Source of the DNA: Candidatus Dormiibacterota bacterium
GTDB taxonomy: Bacteria; Chloroflexota; Dormibacteria; DASZGP01
Assembly: GCA_035938695.1 (NCBI GenBank)
Contig: DASZGP010000051.1
Location: 1-36,576 of the forward strand
Length of the DNA: 36,576 nt
Direction of reading: 5' to 3'
Made by a program: the position numbers and the translations under genes. Shown here in pieces: positions 32,532 to 36,576 of this stretch. Every line of letters begins with the position of its first letter. The stretch's first letter is position 1. The notes beneath the pieces were generated by a model. It was not told the origin of the DNA, did not search any database, and was given only the letters and a program-made list of their open reading frames with translations.

Positions 32532-33176
32532 TCACTGGACGGGACATATGCCGCCGTAGCAGTTGGGCACGCCGATCACCGGGTCCTGGGCGACCGCGGC
32601 CGTGCCGTGGAAATCCCCCACCAGGGTTGGTACCTGGCCGCAGGCGTCGATGCTTCCCCCGCCGCTGTACTGCTCCCCCACCCGGACGCCTCCCACCTGG
32701 TCGGTGAGGCCGGTCGGATCGGCGATCGACGTACCGCCGGAGAAGTAATAGCTGGCCATCCACCCGCCGCCGTAGGCGTGCACCACGACGTTGGCGCCGA
32801 CGTAGGTCGCGCCCGTCTGGATCGTCAGGATCCCCTGCCCGCTCCCGGAGACCGTGAGGTCGTTGCAGGTGCCCCCGGGGGGCAGGCTCCAAGTCCCCGT
32901 GATCTGCGCGTCGAGCGTGACCGGGCAGAGGGCCAGCCGGCAGTTGTCGACCTGTCCCTGGGCGTGCAGGTCGCACTCCCAGACGCCTTTCACGTAGGTG
33001 ACGCAGGAGCTGGGCGTGGACCCGCTCCAGGTGACCGTCACGTGGTCGCCGATCTCGATCCCATGGGCGTGAGCCCCCACTCCCTGCATCGCCACGCTGC
33101 TAAGGGCGCATATCACGCCCGCCAGCAACGGCCGCCACCGGCGTCGGCGCCGGCCGAGCCTGATCAACCAAGCCAC
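32532..33176 (-). CDS. Secreted protein of unknown function (8 Cys in the mature part, Gly-rich)
   Basis: GTG start at 33176 with GGAGG 9 nt upstream. The Arg-rich n-region (RLGRRRRRWRP) is followed by a hydrophobic segment ending AHA. No family was recognised. Confidence 0.6.
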   Translation of the reverse strand: MAWLIRLGRRRRRWRPLLAGVICALSSVAMQGVGAHAHGIEIGDHVTVTWSGSTPSSCVTYVKGVWECDLHAQGQVDNCRLALCPVTLDAQITGTWSLPPGGTCNDLTVSGSGQGILTIQTGATYVGANVVVHAYGGGWMASYYFSGGTSIADPTGLTDQVGGVRVGEQYSGGGSIDACGQVPTLVGDFHGTAAVAQDPVIGVPNCYGGICPVQ

Positions 33177-33333
33177 GATTCAATACCTCCGCTGGCCGCC
33201 TTCCTGGCCCTCCGTCGCCCGTCCCGGGGTGCGCCGGGGATGACGGACCTGAGGTGGGCTGGAGTGGGCGGCGCCTTGCTCATCACCACACACCAGCGCC
33301 CCGCCGCCGTTTTCTTACAGATGTCCGGATGCG

Positions 33334-33375
33334 CAGGCATATGTCTTGACAGGCATATGCCTATAACGGTATATT
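33334..33375 (+). promoter_or_regulatory. Promoter with overlapping ArsR-type operator repeats
   Basis: TTGACA (33346-33351), an 18-nt spacer, then TATATT (33370-33375), 10 nt before the ArsR ATG. CAGGCATATG is repeated at 33334-33343 and 33350-33359. The second copy is part of the perfect palindrome AGGCATATGCCT (33351-33362). Confidence 0.55.
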
Positions 33376-33385
33376 CGGTCCCGAC

Positions 33386-33718
33386 ATGGACGCGACGCTG
33401 ACCGCCCTGGCCGAGCCGAACCGCAAACGAATCGTCGAGCTCCTGCGGGAGGGGCCCCAACCCGTGGGAGAGATCGTGGTCAAGCTGCGGCTGCGCCAGC
33501 CACAGGTGTCGAAGCATCTTCGCGTCCTCAGCGATGCCGGTCTGGTCGAGGTCCGTCCGGTGGCCCAGCAGCGGTTCTACCGCCTGCGTCCGCAGGCGTT
33601 CCAGGAGCTCGCCTCCTGGGTGGAGAGCTACCGCCGCATCTGGGAGGAGCGGATGGATCGCTTCGACGCGGTGCTGCAGGACCTGCAGCGAAAGGAGAAA
33701 AATCATGGCGGCAACTGA
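33386..33718 (+). CDS. ArsR/SmtB-family transcriptional regulator
   Basis: Contains LAEPNRKRIVELLREGPQPVGEIVVKLRLRQPQVSKHLRVLSDAGLV, a winged HTH. Confidence 0.9.
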   Translation: MDATLTALAEPNRKRIVELLREGPQPVGEIVVKLRLRQPQVSKHLRVLSDAGLVEVRPVAQQRFYRLRPQAFQELASWVESYRRIWEERMDRFDAVLQDLQRKEKNHGGN

Positions 33719-34202
33719 CACGTCGACCACCATCACCACCCGGGGCGACCTGGAGATCGTCCAGGAGCGCGTCTTCGACGCCCCGCGGGAGCTGGTCTTC
33801 GCGGCGATGAACGACCCCGACCTGATCCCCAGGTGGTGGGGGCCGTCCTACCTGACCACCACCGTGGAGAAGATGGACGTCCGGCCGGGAGGCGCCTGGC
33901 GCTACGTCCAGCGCGCGCCCGACGGTGGCGAGCACGCCTTCAACGGCAGGTACCTCGAGGTCGTGGCCCCCGAGCGGGTCGTCCTGACCTTCAACTACGA
34001 GGGCATCCCGGGCGACCACGAGGCCGTGTCCACCCTGGTCCTGAGCGACGAGGGCGGCAAGACCCGGATCAGCTCCACGATGGTCTTCAAGACCAAGGAA
34101 GACCGCGACGGGATGGTCCAGTCCGGGATGGAAAGCGGCGCCAGGGAGACCGACGATCGCCTGGCGGCGGTCCTCGAAACCCTCAAGCAGCCTCAAAAGT
34201 AA
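33705..34202 (+). CDS. SRPBCC / AHSA1-domain protein (Aha1-like, PF08327 type)
   Basis: Contains ERVFDAPRELVFAAMNDPDLIPRWWGP...VRPGGAWRY...FNGRYLEVVAPERVV. The ATG at 33705 is preceded by AAAGGAGAAAAATC and overlaps the ArsR 3' end by 14 nt. Confidence 0.88.
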   Translation: MAATDTSTTITTRGDLEIVQERVFDAPRELVFAAMNDPDLIPRWWGPSYLTTTVEKMDVRPGGAWRYVQRAPDGGEHAFNGRYLEVVAPERVVLTFNYEGIPGDHEAVSTLVLSDEGGKTRISSTMVFKTKEDRDGMVQSGMESGARETDDRLAAVLETLKQPQK

Positions 34203-34284
34203 GGGCCAAGCCTATTTCCCGAGCAGCCGGCCGGGCCGCGGCAGTGGCCCGGGCCGGCTGCTTGGGTGCCACGCATCTGGATGC

Positions 34285-36576
34285 TCATTCCCCAGGCAGG
34301 ATTTCGACGTACCCTTCGGTTCCGTGCACTCGAATTTGTTGCCCGTCCCTGATCAGCTTGGTGGCGTTTTCCACCCCGACGACGGTCGGCAGGCCATATT
34401 CACGTGCGATCACCGCTCCATGGGTCATCAGCCCACCGACTTCGGTCACCAGGCCTCTGATCGCTAAGAACACCGGTGTCCAGCTGGGGTCCGTGCAGGC
34501 CGTGACCAGGATGTCGCCGGGTTCGAGATCGGCCTCCGCCATGTCGTGAATGACCCGGGCCCGCCCCTCGACAGTCCCGGCGGAGACCGGCAGGCCGACC
34601 AGCGCTCCGGCCGGCAGGTGTTCACGTCGGTACGCTCCAGTCACGACCTCGCCATCTGACGTGAGGACCCGGGGAGGTTTCAGTCCCTGGTACGACCTGA
34701 ACGCGTCCTGGCGCTGGGAGACGAGCTGATCGTCCACCCGGTTCGTGCGCACGACGTCGTGGAGCTCCTGGAACGTGAGGTAGAAGATGTCCTCCTTCTC
34801 CCGAAGCACGCGGGCCTCCACGAGGCGCCCGGCCTCTTCCAGCAGAGCCTGCTTGTAAACGAAATAGCGGCAGACGAGGCCGTACTTCGGATACTCCCGG
34901 TACCCGATGAAGGTCCGGACGCGATCGATCATCCGTTTGGCCTCTTCGGCCTTCCGCTCTCCGTCCGGCAGGGCCCGCAAGCGCTCCAGCACCTCCCGCT
35001 CCTTCGCCCACGCCTCCTGCCGCCCCTGCTCGAAGCGCCGCCCACCGGCGCCCGGCTGGAAGTTCTTGATGTTGCCGAGGATCACGGGGACGAGCGTGGT
35101 GGGACGTTCGGTCCAGCGCGGCCTGGTGATGTCGATCTCGCCGACGCAGCGCATCCCGTACTTGTCGAGGAAGGCCCGGACGGCGTCCCGCGCCTCCCGC
35201 CCGCCCCCGAGTTCGGCCAGCCCGTCCAGGAAATCCTCGTCCCCCTCGACGTGCTGAAGAAAGGCGACCACCTCTGGATGCGGCCGGATGGCATCGGCGA
35301 CGTCCAGGAGGGCCAGCCCCATCTCCGACGTCACGTTGTCGGGGACGGACCGCGTGAGCGTGTCGGCCGCGCTCTTCTCTCCCAGCCACGCCTCCAGCTG
35401 CTCGTTGAGCCACCACGTGGCCTCCATGGCCGACATGAACACCTGATGGCTCTGCGGATCGAAGAGGATCCGCCTCAGCTCCTGGATGTCCGCCAGAATG
35501 AAGTCGATCAGGGCCGGTCCCGACTTGGCTCCGATGTCGCGCTGCATTGCGGCGATGGACGCCTGCGTGCGCGCGATCAGCCCGGCGACGATGGCCGGAT
35601 CGGTCTCGAGTGGGGCGGGAGCGCTACCGGCCGGCCCACCGGCCTGACCCTCGTCCGGGATCGACGGGATGAAGTCGTCGCGTTCCAGGACGGTCTCCAG
35701 CGCGTCCCTGATCAACGGATCGCCCCTCCCCATGACGTCCAGGAGGCTTGCACGGCCGGCTGGGGACACCAGGCGCTGGGTGACGTCGACGAACAGCCTC
35801 CCGCCGGCCTCGTACATCCGCGGGAGAGCGGTCAGCTGCCACATGGAGATCCCCAGCGGCATCATGGCGTCGGTCATCATCTGGCCATGACCGACGGAGA
35901 CGAAGACGTGGTTCCCTCCGTCGTCCGTCACGGGAATGGGGAACAGTGTGGTGATGGGCCGGCTCTGGACGAACTGGAAGTCGTCGTCAACCAAACACCA
36001 TTCGATGTCCTGCGGGCAGCCGAAACGCTCCTCAATTGTTCTGCCCATGCGCGCGAGCTGCAGAATCTGATCATCCGTCAGCGCTTGAGCCTTCTGCCGC
36101 TCAGGCTCAATCTCGTGTTCTTTCGTCCCTCCGTCTCTCGAAGCATAAACAGCCAGCTTCTTGGCGGAGATCTTCTTGTCGATGATCCTGCCGTCGAACA
36201 CTTTATAGACATCGGCATTCACCAGGCCGGAGACCAGAGCCTGACCAAGCCCGAAGCTGGCGTCAATGGATGACACCTTTCTACTGGAAGTGACGGGATC
36301 GGCGGTGAACAGGATTCCCGATGTCTGCGGGAAGACCATCCTCTGAACAACCACTGACATGGAGACTTTGCGGTGGTCAAGGCCATTTTGAAGGCGGTAC
36401 GTCACCGCCCTCTGGGTGAACAGTGACGCCCAGCACTTGCTGACATTCCTCAGGATCGCCTCCTTTCCGACAATGTTCAGATACGTATCATGTTGACCCG
36501 CAAAAGACGCTGTTGGCAAGTCCTCGGCGGTTGCGCTGGATCGAACCGCATAGGCCTCTCTTCCACCGATCCTCGA
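34285..36576 (-). CDS. PEP-utilising enzyme, rifampicin phosphotransferase (RPH)-like / PEP synthase family; the 5' end is cut by the window edge
   Basis: The reading frame is open to the last base of the window: ...AVRSSATAEDLPTASFAGQHDTYLN, the ATP-grasp PPDK_N motif. The C-terminal swivelling domain reads ILVTACTDPSWTPVFLAIRGLVTEVGGLMTHGAVIAREYGLPTVVG. The TTG at 36519 used by the ORF track is internal. Confidence 0.85.
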   Translation of the reverse strand, partial: SRIGGREAYAVRSSATAEDLPTASFAGQHDTYLNIVGKEAILRNVSKCWASLFTQRAVTYRLQNGLDHRKVSMSVVVQRMVFPQTSGILFTADPVTSSRKVSSIDASFGLGQALVSGLVNADVYKVFDGRIIDKKISAKKLAVYASRDGGTKEHEIEPERQKAQALTDDQILQLARMGRTIEERFGCPQDIEWCLVDDDFQFVQSRPITTLFPIPVTDDGGNHVFVSVGHGQMMTDAMMPLGISMWQLTALPRMYEAGGRLFVDVTQRLVSPAGRASLLDVMGRGDPLIRDALETVLERDDFIPSIPDEGQAGGPAGSAPAPLETDPAIVAGLIARTQASIAAMQRDIGAKSGPALIDFILADIQELRRILFDPQSHQVFMSAMEATWWLNEQLEAWLGEKSAADTLTRSVPDNVTSEMGLALLDVADAIRPHPEVVAFLQHVEGDEDFLDGLAELGGGREARDAVRAFLDKYGMRCVGEIDITRPRWTERPTTLVPVILGNIKNFQPGAGGRRFEQGRQEAWAKEREVLERLRALPDGERKAEEAKRMIDRVRTFIGYREYPKYGLVCRYFVYKQALLEEAGRLVEARVLREKEDIFYLTFQELHDVVRTNRVDDQLVSQRQDAFRSYQGLKPPRVLTSDGEVVTGAYRREHLPAGALVGLPVSAGTVEGRARVIHDMAEADLEPGDILVTACTDPSWTPVFLAIRGLVTEVGGLMTHGAVIAREYGLPTVVGVENATKLIRDGQQIRVHGTEGYVEILPGE

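Overview
This is a very GC-rich (about 70% by eye), gene-dense bacterial chromosomal segment. The composition and gene content (F420-type LLM oxidoreductase, R2lox, NarL/GAF two-component system) suggest Actinomycetota or a related high-GC lineage, but taxonomy cannot be fixed from sequence alone. All product calls rest on motif recognition in the supplied translations; no database search was possible.

Main result: the left end carries a class I lanthipeptide operon on the minus strand. Its order is precursor lanA (A1), intrinsic terminator, lanC, a repeat-structured spacer, lanB, then the first 39 codons of an HlyD-type export adaptor that runs off the window. Five more small ORFs share the A1 leader (L-x-L-x-R-E-T-[IVL]-R-x-L, then a GG or GA site) but have different Cys/Ser/Thr-rich cores:
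- A2 at 14790-14978
- A3 and A4 at 19938-20364
- A5 and A6 at 26587-27007

These sit in four loci spread over about 22 kb among housekeeping-type genes: folE, a RibD_C-like reductase, an acyl-CoA synthetase, a 5'-3' exonuclease, queA-like, SDR, dxs, R2lox, PepF and an ArfB-like factor. A2 lies directly upstream of a GAF histidine kinase (apparently frameshifted) and a NarL-type response regulator.

The rest of the window contains:
- two EntS-like MFS transporters
- a Kv-like channel with an atypical filter, coupled to a Pro-rich lipoprotein
- a MerR-LLM(F420) operon divergent from an SCP2 gene
- two adjacent secreted Cys-rich proteins of unknown function
- an ArsR-SRPBCC operon with a palindromic operator
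- a 5'-truncated rifampicin-phosphotransferase-like PEP-utilising enzyme in visibly lower-GC DNA at the right edge

I found no rRNA, tRNA, CRISPR array, transposase or integrase. Many long ORFs in the six-frame track are antisense artefacts of the high GC content.
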